NCBI GenBank assembly: GCA_001599295.1
Contig: BCGN01000005.1
Coordinates: 620,001-684,000, forward strand
From: Sporopachydermia quercuum
Taxonomy: Eukaryota
Length of the DNA: 64,000 bases
Direction: 5' to 3'
Each line of letters begins with the position of its first letter. Positions within the stretch are counted from its first letter, which is position 1. The notes under the pieces were generated by a model, which worked only from the letters and a program-made list of their open reading frames with translations, was not told the DNA's origin and did not search any database. Shown here piece after piece: positions 40,841 to 53,710 of this stretch. A program made the translations under genes and the position numbers.

Positions 40841-42879
40841 TATTATTATTATGGTTATGAGTAATTCTTTTATGTGTTTCGTTTATTGTAATGTCAAATC
40901 AAGGGTTCACCAGAGCATACCATAACATAACGTAGCATACAACACAAGTATTATATAAACGCTCAAACAAACAAGGTATGACTGTTAACCAAATTGATTA
41001 TCTATTTTCCTATCGCCACTCTGCTATTTGCTCCGAATCCTCTTTAATCTATTCTTTCTACCAGATGTAGCTATCATTAACAGAATGTTTCTTTGATCAG
41101 TTCATTATCGATTAAAAGGTCTCCCTCTTTTGGTGTCGTAACTTGCTATAGATACTTCTACTGATACTACAGTTCGCCCAACTCACTTTCAATCAGAAAA
41201 CACTTTGTTCCCCGTACTTTGTGTTCAAATTGAGCACTCTCTTGCGTTAACGCTTTTTTTTCTTTCCTTTCTTCCTTTTTGCTTACTTCCTTTCTTGCTT
41301 CAAAATATCCACCACTCAACCAATCATGAAATACTTATTATCTATTTTAATGTAGGATAAGCCTATCAAACTATATCAACTGTTTGTATACCTTGATCTT
41401 TCCTACTCTTATTTATTTCACTACAAGTAGCTAACTTTGTTATTGCCAAATCATGTATAACAACACGAATGTCTGACTTACAGCGAAAATTTTACTTTCA
41501 ACTGCTCGAGATAATAAACACTTTCCTCATTCTTTCTATTCATAAGGCTTTTACACACTTTAATGTATTGGTTATTGGGGACCTTCCAGCCAAAAATCCT
41601 CAAGTGAAACTGGAAAAAAGTGAATTTCTGATTATGTGATAACTTAAGTATCTGCACGTGAGAGAAGGAAACTTAGGGAGAAAGGATAAAAGAAGAGTGA
41701 CATGAGAGAAGATGGTAGAATCAAATAAACCGAGAAAGATAAGTAAATTTGGATTATAGGTTGATTATGGACGATGAGATAGATGGATTTCTGTGGATTT
41801 AAATGGCATTGTTAGAGTGAATGATGAAAGAAATAAATGTCCAGTACGCGTGTGGGGTTCGTTAGACTGGATACTGGGAAGACTACCATATTGTTATCTT
41901 GTTGAGAGGAAAAGTAGAAAATTGATGATTGAATTTAATGTAACGGAACATTATGTCAGATAGTAAATTATTGCTTCCCCGATTCATCTAGTCGTGCCTG
42001 GTGGATTCCAAGATTCATACACCTATCGCACATCTCCGGTAAGTAGCAAGCTACGCCTTATCCAGTTATCCAAGATGTCAACACATTTTCTGTTTGAGTT
42101 TACTGGAATTGCAATCATTGAGTGTTTTATTGATTGATCGTTTGACAAGACCATATATCTGTATGGATTATGGCGTTTGATAAGATTCAACTTTTAGTAG
42201 TTCGCGTCTCACCGTAGTGATCATTATGAGTAAGTGGTGTCATACATAGAAAGTCTGAAAAGAATCAGAGATCCTTTAACTGACAATCAATAGAGAGCAC
42301 AACTACAACATTTTACTACACTTAACCAGGGAAATGTATTGAAATCTGAATAGAACTGTCTGTCAAAATCAGTTAACTCATTTATATAACAACTATCATT
42401 TCCATCGATTTATTCCCGGCATATATCCCTTCCTCTTCCCGCCTACCCTGTAAGCTTTTCAACCTCGGCACGACAAATACTATCTATCGCTGTATACTCA
42501 TCATTCACTTTGAAGAAGTCTTTTATGAATCAATACAACGCTTAAACTATCTGCAGGTCCTTTAATGAATAGCATTAATTTTCATCAAAATATATGCAAA
42601 TTTCTGCCATCTATTCTACTTTCATTCACTTCATACCACTCCATGCAGTACTATCTAGTACGCATTATTACTCTTACAAAGCATTTTTCCTGAGCACCAT
42701 TTCCTAGCAAACTCTTTTCTCCAGCTATGAGCGACATGTAACTCCAGTAGAGACACACTTTCATATCTCAACAATGATTTCTTATCTATGAAGCCATAGA
42801 TATCCATTCAAGTTTCAATCATTCCGTTTACTTCAGTCACTCTTTCACCCATTTCTCCGAAATGAGAGGCTTTTCATTC

Positions 42880-42947
42880 AACAGACCCTTAGTTGTGGTC
42901 CCTTTCCGGCCCTTATCTCCATAAAAACACAGTTATAACAGACCCTT
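42880..42947. promoter_or_regulatory. Direct repeat AACAGACCCTT x2 plus two further CCCTT sites (Nrg1/STRE-like) in the WAR1-CAB1 divergent region
   Basis: Copies at 42880-42890 and 42937-42947, with GGTCCCTT and GGCCCTT between them. Confidence 0.4.
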
Positions 42948-43364
42948 TTCTCCACATTTTTGTCACGCTCTCTAAGCCGTATAATAATCCCCAGACTCCC
43001 GAGGAATTTAAATATTCAAGTCACTCAAAAGCGTTAGAATGCTATGTATAATACTTTCCTATAAGTTGGATATTTCATCACACAGCAATTTCATGATCTA
43101 TTTTTTCTGTTTCTCTTTCTTCGAACCTTTCGTATTACTTATCAACTACTCTCTTTTCTATCTTATTATCCCATACGGCCAATCTCTACCCAACAATGTC
43201 ATATATATGTCTCTCTCGCGTGACAAACTTGTAAGGTATCTACTGTGACAATATTCGGATTCAACCAAGCAAGTAAAAAAATAACGAAAAAGAAAAAGTG
43301 ACAAAAAAAAAGGACACGAAACGAAGGATACAAACGAAAAGGACTATTATTTGTGAATATAAGG

Positions 43365-44943
43365 ATGCTTCATGAATCTCCTGTTCACTGGGTTGGAGAC
43401 AAATACAATCATTTCATTACCTCTGAAGCTATTAGAGGTTGTAAGCAAATGCCAGTAATCAATCAACAAGTGGAGTTCAACCCTGAAGAAGCGTTCAGTA
43501 TGCCTGTGTCAGGTCGAAAGGCAGGAGAACAGGGATCAGTGTTGGAAGTAGTAGATCATGGGTCATCGGGAGCTCATTCATCGTCAGATTATGAGAAAAT
43601 ATTATATCCTGGAGCAATTCAAATCAATGTTGCTGGTGCATTCATTGTAGATGATTACGAGGATACAGATAGTGATGGGAACAGTATTTCTAGTTCCACG
43701 CCTCCAGAGACTAAAGATATAGCTTTACCTCATCAGACGGATGAAGTTTCTCACATAGCTGTTGATGTATGTTGGCAATTTTTAAAAATTATACATTTGA
43801 ATTTGTTATTCATCAGTCTAATGGTTCTCTTCTCCGGGATTTTTAACTAACAATTTTTAATAGATTGGTGGATCGCTGGCTAAAGTCGTATATTTCACCA
43901 AAGACCCAAGTGGAAGAGGTGGTCGATTGAATTTCATCAAATTTGAAACGGATAAACTACATGAATGTATAGCTTTTATGAAAAATCTAATAGGAGGGCA
44001 TGAAAGTGAGAAAAATGACAGTAAAATCTCATCCAGCAAGCGGATGACAATAATGGCTACTGGTGGAGGTGCACATAAATTTTATGATTTGATGACAAAC
44101 GAAATACAGGTGAAAGTCATTCAAGAGGACGAAATGGAATGTTTAATAGTTGGATTGGATTTTTTTATTACTGAAATCCCTGGAGAGGTTTTCGTTTACT
44201 CAGAAGACAATCCAATGCAATTTGTTGAAGCAAGACCAAACATATATCCGTATCTACTAGTTAACATAGGTTCAGGAGTCAGTATGATCAAAGTCATAGG
44301 ACCAAAACAATTTAAAAGAATTGGTGGCTCATCGTTAGGTGGGGGTACACTATGGGGATTATTGTCATTGCTTACAGATGCTGATTCATATGACGAAATG
44401 TTAGAAATGGCAGGTAACGGTAATAACGCCAATGTTGATATGTTAGTTGGTGATATATACGGCACAGATTATTCAAGAATTGGGCTTAAAGCCACAACGA
44501 TTGCATCATCGTTTGGTAAAGTGTTCAAAAAGGCAACAGGTCAGAATTCATTTGATAGCCATGATCATCAACACGAACATCATAGTAATAAACAATCGAC
44601 CAAAGTCGAAAGATTAGCTAAATTCAACGATGAAGATATATCAAGATCTTTACTATACGCCATCTCAAATAATATTGGTCAAATTGCTTATTTACAAGCT
44701 CAAAAACATAGTTTGGAACATATATATTTTGGAGGTTCATATATTCGTGGGCATCCTCAGACTATGAACACCCTTTCATACGCTATCAATTTCTGGTCTG
44801 AAGGAGTCAAGAAAGCATACTTTTTACGTCATGAAGGATTTCTAGGTGCTGTTGGTGCATTTTTGCGAAGGCAACCTGAAGGATGGGGAAGAAGAAACTC
44901 TGGTGGTGGCTCAGAGGAGTTGGGGTTCAAAACATTTGGTTGA
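43365..44943 (+). CDS. CAB1: Pantothenate kinase; exons 43365(or 43449)-43766, 43864-44943
   Basis: Splicing GTATGT..AACTAAC..TAG restores AVD-IGGSLAK. Also ATGGGAHKF, LLVNIGSGVS, GGSSLGGGT, FLRHEGFLGAVG. Start codon ambiguous. Confidence 0.93.
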
Positions 44944-45231
44944 AAGCTTGTGATAGTAAAATATATATATATATATATAATAAGGGTACTTTCTAGTTTC
45001 ACAACTCACCTTTGCATTCATTTTTCATGTTTCATTTCTTAATTTTTTTCTTTCGGGACAGCTGATTTCTGGAAAATACAGGCTCATATGTATATAAAGA
45101 ATAGAGAGCAAAAATGCTTTAACATAACCTAATAATATACAGTACTATAATACAATGCAATATAAATGATATCAAGGAAACGACATCTGTAGGAATGAAA
45201 ATAAAGCGAAACCAGGATCAATATAGAAGGA

Positions 45232-46512
45232 TTATAAATGTTTCGATACCTNCTCAATAAAAATACCCAGTGCAAATGATGTTAGCTTGCTATTGGCTTT
45301 ATCTTTTGCTTCATTTATGCTATTCTCATTGATGGCATGATCCATCTCAGTAACAGACACGGCAATAATTGTCATAAAATTGTAATTGACAGTCACTGTG
45401 AACTTATAATCTTTAATAGTAAATCTTACCTCATAATACGTATTTGACAAATATTTCCGTAGGGAATCATCAAGGCCACTATATAGCGAGCTCTGTTTAT
45501 CAGGAGTAAATTCTTTAACATGTACATCTCCAACAGAAACAAAATTCGATTCCCATAAATTTATTAACGATTTGAATTTATAACCCGTACTTTCATACTG
45601 TTTATATCTTCTTGTGCTTTCTTTCTCTGGTAAACTAGTACTTTGTTCATCTAACACTTTTTTCGATTCCACACTCTCATTTGCTTTAACTGTATATCTA
45701 TTATTGAGGTCGTGCTTTTTTTCCAGCTCCGCTTTCAGCTGTTGCTTTTCCTTCTCTAAGCTTTGTTGCTTTTCATTATTAACTGACAAACTATCCTCCA
45801 TTTCAGTTTGTTTTTCTTTCTCTTTATCAAGAAGGTTCTGTAAAAGAATTGAAGAATTGAAGTCTGATTGAGTAAAAGAGATATCAGAACCTTTGAATAT
45901 TCCGGAGATCTTTTCAAATAGAACCGATTCACTATCATTCTTAGGTCCGTCGTTGAACTCTTCAGATTCCAACCGCTGTATCTCATTTTCCATTTCTTGT
46001 AACTCTTTGTTCATATTACCTATCTCTTTTCTTTTGATAGTTAATTCATCATAAACAGAACAGAGCTTTTTAGCTTTGCTCTCTATTTCCTCTTGTTGCA
46101 ACTCAGTTTTTCTTTTCTTTGTTTTCAGCTCTTTCTTAAGTTCATCATTTTTAGCTTCCAGTTCATCAATTCCAGATTGTTCTACATATATCGGTGGATC
46201 ATTGAGAATAGCTCTCAGAAACTTTTCTTTGGTTTCTTGTTCCAAGTATGAAAACTTCAGCTTAGCGAAAAACTCCTGATGATTATGTTAGTATGAAAAA
46301 GACAAAAGGAGTTTCATTTGGTTTCAATCTAATAATTTGAATCTTACTTTCTTGTTGTTAATGAAGTCATCTATCAGTCTAGGATCAGGATTTAAATAGT
46401 CATCATGGTTGTCATGGTTTTCTTCTTCGCTATGTTTCTTCTGTTTGCTTCTTTTCTCAAATTCTTCTTTGAAAGAGAAAAGCTTTGTTGAGGATGATGA
46501 TAAAAGCTCCAT
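45232..46512 (-). CDS. KRE28: Kinetochore Spc105-complex subunit Kre28/Sos7; exons 46512-46348, 46275-45232 (402 aa)
   Basis: Splicing gives KEFFAKLKFSYLEQETKEKFLRAILNDPP (Sos7-type motif) followed by coiled coil. Convergent with CAB1 as in S. cerevisiae YDR531W/YDR532C. Confidence 0.85.
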
Positions 46513-47208
46513 TGCTGTAATACTCTAAGAGAAATTCCTCCAGATGTATATGTAGAAGTATCAGATGTAGCTTGACCTAAGCCCAAGGAAAGATAGAACA
46601 ACTGTATAAAAAAGTACAATTCTATTCTAGAGAATCAAACAAAACCACCTATAGAACAGGAAAATCAACTTGCCGCCTGTCTCTCATTTCCTCACTAGCG
46701 AACGTCTTCTTCTCGACCAATGATCAATCATAAAGTAAATATATAATGCCATAAGGCAGTGTTAATACTGTTGTTTCTGTTACTTCCTTTGCTTGGTTTA
46801 TTTATCGACTGCTGAATGAAGGAGTATACACCCTGTAATGAGATGAGAGATAATGGGGCGACTCTGAAGATATAAATGAGGCTTACGTTTTATCATCTTT
46901 AGAATATTCCCCGATTGTGCTTTGACCTCGGTTCATGCATGTGATACATATTCATACATATTGTCACTTTGCGCGTACATGCACCCAAACTTCTCACAGC
47001 TACTCCTCTCAGTCCAACATGATATTAAACTCAGCATAAAGGGAAAGACAGATTGAGGTACCATGAGAGCCAAATGAATCGTATACTGTAGATAATAGAT
47101 TCGAGGACTTCTTGTCTTTTGAAAAGTTATGGTTTGTAGAAATTGAGGCTATGTGTAAGCTTGTGATGGTTTCTGAGAGTAGGAATAAGATAAAGCGCAA
47201 CCATCAGT

Positions 47209-48135
47209 ATGAGTCAAATGATCAAACCATCAAAATGTGCTAGTAGTTTCAATGCTTTAAGCCATGCAGCTGATGCAAAGGATGACCTAGTACGATTATT
47301 GCTTTATACCAGTCAAATTGCCGCTTGGGCGACGAGGAAGAAACCAGAAAAATCAGCAGGAGATACAGGCAGAGTTGCAGGAAAGGAAGGGAAAACCATT
47401 ACACGAAATGGCACTACTGATACATCTTTTGTCTGGATGATGGTCACAAGGTTAAAGAAATTTTTAATAAGCATAAACGATCCAGAGTCTCAATTCATAG
47501 AAATAATTGAGTTTATTAACACATTTTTTGATGATTTATATTTGCTCACAAGCCTAGGATTAATAAAGAACGAAAGAATTTCTGATTTTGCATCTAATCA
47601 AGCTAGCAAAGCATGGCTTGTGACGATCATCTTTTCCTTGAAGAAGAACGTTCAAAAGATCGCTCGCTGCAACAGAAAACTAAAACTACTAGATCATGAA
47701 GCTTTACTAAAAAATGAATTATTAGGTGTTGTGGTCTCAAATAATAAGAAGAGAAATCAGAACGATGATGACGAAGGTAATAGAGGTATCATGGATATAT
47801 TTCAAGGACTATTCGTTGATGAGAATAAAGTGAGATTAGAAAATCTGGAATATTCAAGAGGGCTGAATGTACTCAATGGCCAAACAAAAGAAGGTGATAT
47901 CTTTTATTCAATCGATATAAGAAGGCAACAAATATTGAATGAAAAGTACATGATGAAGCTGGAGATATTGAATCTGATGAATGATCTTCTGTACTGTAGT
48001 ATTGATGTGTTTAAATTGAAATTTCCTCCATATGTTCAAAAAACAAGCGGTATAATTTCAGGTTTATTAAGTGGATACAGAATGATTAAGGGATCTATTC
48101 TTGAAGCATCCACTCCGAAAGATGATGAGAAATGA
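47209..48135 (+). CDS. PEX11-family peroxisomal membrane protein (Pex34/Pex36/Pex25-like)
   Basis: KDDLVRLLLY near the N-terminus, FFDDLYLLTSLG..ASKAWLVTIIFSL, DLLYC and C-terminal GIISGLLS resemble the PEX11 fold. Confidence 0.6.
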   Translation: MSQMIKPSKCASSFNALSHAADAKDDLVRLLLYTSQIAAWATRKKPEKSAGDTGRVAGKEGKTITRNGTTDTSFVWMMVTRLKKFLISINDPESQFIEIIEFINTFFDDLYLLTSLGLIKNERISDFASNQASKAWLVTIIFSLKKNVQKIARCNRKLKLLDHEALLKNELLGVVVSNNKKRNQNDDDEGNRGIMDIFQGLFVDENKVRLENLEYSRGLNVLNGQTKEGDIFYSIDIRRQQILNEKYMMKLEILNLMNDLLYCSIDVFKLKFPPYVQKTSGIISGLLSGYRMIKGSILEASTPKDDEK

Positions 48136-49702
48136 AAACAAGAACTTCAAAAAGAGATATTACCGGATGATTAATATCAAGACAAATCTATCATTCGTTA
48201 GCCAACATGGTTATACAAAATTTATGTTACTATTTGAATTCTAATTGCTGGTTGATTGTAAAAGCTAGTGGTATAATTCTTTCACGATGACTCTTCTCTC
48301 CCTTGTAATGGCTTATAGAAGATGAAATGAACTTACTGTATATAGGATGTATGCGCTCTGACACAATATAAGGACTAAGTGTTTACTCAAATTAGTCTTA
48401 TACTCTTTTGGCAGCTGCCTAAAAGTCATTTAAAGCACTGTTATAACTATGGAATTGTTTGTAATCATCCATAAACTACCAAAGCATCTTTGAAAGCCCA
48501 TCTCGAACAGTTACAGTTGCAGTTTAAATTCGATTAAGGTTTCGGTCCGCGCCATTTAAAGAGAATCTGATCGGCTTTTACTAAAACTTTAAATAAGTTT
48601 AGACAAACGAAACAGGAAAAAATCATAAACCCTAATTTAAGTTCACAACGGTTGCACTGTACTGCCAGTGATTTTCTAATCAGTCCATCAAAGGGACTTT
48701 ATTAGTCTCTTTTGAACTGAATGCGTCAAAAGAATGAGAAAACCCAATTGATGATCTTGATCAGATTGTTATTCAAATGTTCAAAACTTCGCCTGAATAG
48801 TTGTTTCATTGTTGACAAAAGTGCTCACTCTTCGAAGCAAGGAGTTTTTTTCTCTTGCTACACCTCACTGTAGGTATAACATAAAACGTTCCTTTATACA
48901 TTCTTCTACACGTGATAATAGAAGAAACTTATTTAATGTTGTTCAAATCATATGGGTCAGAATGTCATCATAACCGAAGCTTAACCAAGCCCGAAAGTAT
49001 TCTGAGCTACTTATTACATACTTGCATATGGAAGAGTATCAATTCTACATCGTTATGAGTAACCAAAAGAAGTAGTTCGCACTATTCACGTATGACACTT
49101 CCCCATATATAGAATTCCATTTTAAATCAATTGCCTGGCAATTGTAATATCAATTCCAAAGTGGTTCTTATAGAACTAGGTTTCATATCCCTCAAAATAG
49201 TTCTTGAATATTAAAATGGCTTCTTTCTGGCTTTCGTATCAAGTCAATAGAGTTGCATTCACTCAAATTTTAACTGAATTTTTCGGTTTTAGCTTGCCGG
49301 TTTCGAAATAAAGTTCAGTCTTGAACATTTTATAAACCTTATTCTCACTCTTATAAATTGTTAGAACGGCTTGCAGTTTTCAACTGTTCCATCATCAATT
49401 ATCAACTTCTGTTCCAGTTAGTCTTTTTTTCGTTTATTAAACACCAGGAGAACACATTCACAAGTTTAGAACACTAACCATCATACTAATTGGTTAGGTA
49501 CGAAATTGAAATAACAAGAAAAAAGGTAGAGAAGAAGATCCATACATTACAACAATGATAACTCTAGTGCGACCATCAGATCGATAAACATACTAATATT
49601 CATTCTACAAACATAACAACATTACAGCAACGAAACAATCCTAACAGAATATTCAAGTAATTTTAAGTAATACATTGAAGTCATTAAGAGTATTGGTTTG
49701 AA

Positions 49703-50704
49703 ATGGTTCTGAAAACACTACAAGTTCAAGATATCGCTTGGATTCCGACTTCATCAGAAGATTCCAAAGATACCACTAAATCAAAAATGATTCCTACAAA
49801 ATCAAGGCAAATTGCAGATCATGACCTGGTAGATGAAAGTCTTGAAACCAAAGTGAAAGACTCTATTGCCGGGTTTATGGGTGGTGTTTCACAAGTAATG
49901 GTAGGACAGCCATTGGATTTGGTTAAAGTACTACTGCAGACTAATCAATACAAGACACCACAACAAGCAGTCATCCAAACATTCAAAACAGAAGGTATCA
50001 AAGGTTTCTATAAGGGCACATCTGGTCCTTTGCTTGGTGTTGGTGTTGTTAATTCTTTGATTTTTAACACCAGTTTCGAAGCTAGAAGGCAGATAATGAA
50101 ATATAATCCAGGCCAGACAGACTTAACCATTGGCCAGTTCTATTTAGCAGGTACTGCAGCAGGTGTTTTAACCTCATTTATAACAAGTCCCATAGAACAA
50201 GTAAGAATTCTAATTCAAGCACAGAATCCAGAGAAAAAACTATATAATGGCACTATGGATGCATTTAAAAAGATTTACCAATCCACGGGTTATAGGGGTT
50301 TGTTCAGAGGTTTAAATATGACAATATTAAGAGATGCACATGCTCATGGTATTTGGTTTAGTAGCTATGAGTTGATGATGCATAAAAGATGCCAATTAAC
50401 AGGAATAAAGAGGGAGGATATCCCAACATGGGAAGTCTTATTATACGGTGGTATAGCTGGTGATACGTTATGGATAAGTACTTATCCAGCAGATATCGTT
50501 AAAACGGTGTATCAAAATGATAAATTTGGTTCAGAGGCTAAATTTAAGAGTGGTTTCGATGTAGCCAGATGGATATATCGTACCGAAGGTTTCAAAGGGT
50601 TTTGGAAAGGAGTTGGGCCTGCATTAGTTAGAGCTTTCCCTGTAAATGCAGCAGTTTTCGCCACGGTTGAAATATGCATGAGATTTATGGATAATAAGAA
50701 ATAA
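49703..50704 (+). CDS. Mitochondrial carrier (SLC25), Ymc1/Ymc2-like
   Basis: Three PX[DE]XX[KR] signatures (PLDLVK, PIEQVR, PADIVK), GFYKGT.GPLLGVG, RAFPVNAA.F. Confidence 0.88.
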   Translation: MVLKTLQVQDIAWIPTSSEDSKDTTKSKMIPTKSRQIADHDLVDESLETKVKDSIAGFMGGVSQVMVGQPLDLVKVLLQTNQYKTPQQAVIQTFKTEGIKGFYKGTSGPLLGVGVVNSLIFNTSFEARRQIMKYNPGQTDLTIGQFYLAGTAAGVLTSFITSPIEQVRILIQAQNPEKKLYNGTMDAFKKIYQSTGYRGLFRGLNMTILRDAHAHGIWFSSYELMMHKRCQLTGIKREDIPTWEVLLYGGIAGDTLWISTYPADIVKTVYQNDKFGSEAKFKSGFDVARWIYRTEGFKGFWKGVGPALVRAFPVNAAVFATVEICMRFMDNKK

Positions 50705-51144
50705 TGGTACTTTCATTGGTGATCATAATAAGGGCATTAGCAATAATAATACAAAGAATTGATGATGATTGAAAGAGCAAAGGATAACTTTTACAGTTCA
50801 TTGTATAGACTATGTAATTAACGTTGGGGTACGGTTAAAACTCTAATTTGCATTTGCATTAATCTTGCATTAATCTTGCATCCTCACTTTGTCTGTAGTT
50901 GTAGAAATAGCAAAAATCAATCTTTCGACAGAAAACTTGCACTAAATAAATAATAGGGTGACCAGTATAAATTGACGCTTCAATCATTAATTATAAACTC
51001 ATCTCATTACCTATAGCAGTTTTACGGTTTCTGCAGAATCCTATAGCTATCTAGCATTGGACTCACAAATCAATCCACCGAACTTTCACCCTACAACTGA
51101 TCATTTCCTCATAATGGACAAATTACCTAGTATCAACCATACAA

Positions 51145-52778
51145 TTAAAACATAACAACATTGTTTTTACTTCCGTTACCATAATCGATATTTTTATCTT
51201 CTTTCAATCCACCGGAAACTGGGAATGCCTTGTAGTTAAACAAATAGTAGTTAAGAAAGCCATCACCAACGCCAAATTTCAGTTCGCTCAAGAACTTAGT
51301 ATTATCTTGTGAGCTTAAAGCGTTAAAGACATCACACTTATAATCAGTCTTTGCAATAATAAGAGCATCAGTAATTAATTCTTGTAATCGTTTTGAAATT
51401 CTTGCTTCATCCCCATCTACTAATCCAGTACTTGTTGCATAGTAAAACAAGTATGCAATTTCTATATCTTTATGCTGACTGTGATCCAACACTTGGAAAG
51501 GTAGTAAATAAAATGAAAAAAAATCGGTGATTTTACCGGATTCCTCATCAGTAACAACATATGAGCACAAGATCTTCTTATTCTCTTCAGCGGAATTATC
51601 TTCTGATCCAAGCATCCAATGCTTGAACTCATGTAATTCAAAGGTTTGATTGAGATCGAACCTCTTAGAATAGTTTTTGAAAAGTTCTAAAACTTCAGGA
51701 ATGTCATTTTCTTCCATTTTCCTTAATCCTTTCAAAGATGGAGTATTTGGTAAGGAATATTTTGCAATCATCTTACTTTTCGTCATTCCATCAGGCAAAG
51801 GACTAAATCCAACTTCATAAAGCTTCGTCCAATTCAATGGTCTGTGATTGTATCTACATACAGATAAAGGTGTTGGTAAAACCGTACCTGACGTATATAA
51901 AGCTTGCCAGATGTTGTGTAAGTTGACTCTTCTGGTTATTTCTTTAATAAGAACAGGAGCCAAACGTTTTGATCTCAGCTTTTTATGCACACAGAGGAAA
52001 TTAATCCCCACTGACCTGATGTAATTATCTCGTACTTTAAGATTGAGGGGAATACCAGATATGAATCCAATTAACTTTTTGGAGGACTTAACTCTTACCC
52101 CCAAGTTCCATTCTTCACGCCATCCTGGTGGTTTTAAAGCATAATTGAAGAACTCCTTTGAATAGTGGAATCTGAATGTTGCATCTTTATCTTCGACGTA
52201 ATGATCATGTAATAACATGAATATATCTTCCATATCATCCTTATTAGTTAAATCCATTGTTGCCCACTCAAAGTCTGCAAGAAGAGGATACGGTTGAGTT
52301 GGAATGTCTTTGACTTCTTTATTGTCAATTGGTCCTTCCTTATCAAAAGATTCATCTACCGGGTAATTGTTAGTAAAACTGTTCAGCCACTGAATAGGCA
52401 CATAAAAATACACAATAGAACAATTTTATAGTTCTAATGTTAGTCTCTCCTCAGGTAATAAGAAAACATACCAAATTTTGGTACCGGCTGAGTTTTCCAG
52501 AACTTATAATCTTTCATCTCTTTATGTTGATCTTCTGTGAGCTGATCTCTGTTAGTAACTAATGCTTGAATTACAAGGATGCATAGCCAAATAGTTTGTA
52601 TAGCTACTTGACTATAGCGAAGAGGAAAATAAAATTGGAACATAGTCGTATTCAACTAACAAGCTAATGAACTTACTGATGCACCAGAAGCCAATAGCTT
52701 CAGTAATTGTTCTAGCTTGGCTGATATTTCTTGATCAGCATTGCCAGATTTCTCATTCCCATTGTTTGAGGAACTCAT
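51145..52778 (-). CDS. NMT1: Glycylpeptide N-myristoyltransferase; exons 52778-52677, 52541-52472, 52355-51145 (460 aa)
   Basis: [62 protein letters not shown]. Two introns join in frame. Confidence 0.96.
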
Positions 52779-53376
52779 TTTAACAGTTGAGACATTCAAC
52801 TCACAAATGGTTGACTTTACATGAACCCAATGTTGATATCACAATTTAGCCTATAGAAAAATGAATAAACGGTATGAACTCTCAAAGGAGATAGTAGCTC
52901 TATAAACTATCAAGTAGGAAAAAGAAATGATTAGGTTGACTTCCTGGACAACTGTTGGTTTTTGGACTCAGCAATAGAAATGTGTAAAGTTTACGTAATC
53001 CATATTGATGGTTCAAAATCATGCACCTCGTATGCGTGGAACCTGCATAAGAGTCACATGTNGCTTCTTATGATGTATATGAGAAGGTGTCCGGTAGTGA
53101 ATTTGAGACTCGCAGTATTAATAAAATTGATTCATAGTGTATTATAGTGCATAATGAAGCACAATGAATGAATGAAACCATAAAAATGAAATGATTGAAC
53201 GATATTTATTAGTTTTAGAATTACATATAGCGATAGAACGTCAATTACATGCAACTTCGTCTTCATTCCATAGACGCTCAAACTCAACTCGACCGAACTC
53301 AACACTCAGCCCTGACTCTGTAAACTTTCTCCTCCATAGGGGCAATCATATCATGCCCCTAAATATCATTCCGGAA

Positions 53377-53710
53377 TTACACCAACAAGTATCTAATAGG
53401 GATATGGATTAATTTCACACCGTAGCCAACAATTCCCATAATGACGAAACCAACACCAACAGCTCTTAGAGTTCTCAAGTATTCTACAATGCGGTGTTAG
53501 TATTCCTGGTATCTTGATCTATAGTAGACTAAAAAACTCGTGGAGCAGTTTCTGTAACTTCTCCAAATTCAAATATTCGTCCGTTTACTTCATCGTATCA
53601 GTATTCTACTAACCTTTTCTGTCAGGCTTAGTGCACTTCTTCATGAAACTAACACCATCCTTGACGAATTCAACAGGAACTTCAGTAATCTTCTCTAATC
53701 CTTCAGCCAT
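53377..53710 (-). CDS. SSS1: Sec61 gamma subunit; exons 53710-53614, 53483-53377 (67 aa); absent from the ORF track
   Basis: MAEGLEKITEVPVEFVKDGVSFMKKCTKPDRKEYLRTLRAVGVGFVIMGIVGYGVKLIHIPIRYLLV. Intron GTTAGT..TACTAAC..TAG. Confidence 0.96.

Noticed and set aside
40841..43364. 2.5-kb gene-free gap as a regional centromere or transposon relic
   Set aside because: Looks like the divergent promoters and long leaders of a TF gene and CAB1. No LTR, repeat array or coding remnant seen.
25830..43880. Alternative yeast code (CUG-Ser or CUG-Ala)
   Set aside because: CTG encodes conserved Leu in epsin MLDKRL and Cab1 IGGSLAK.
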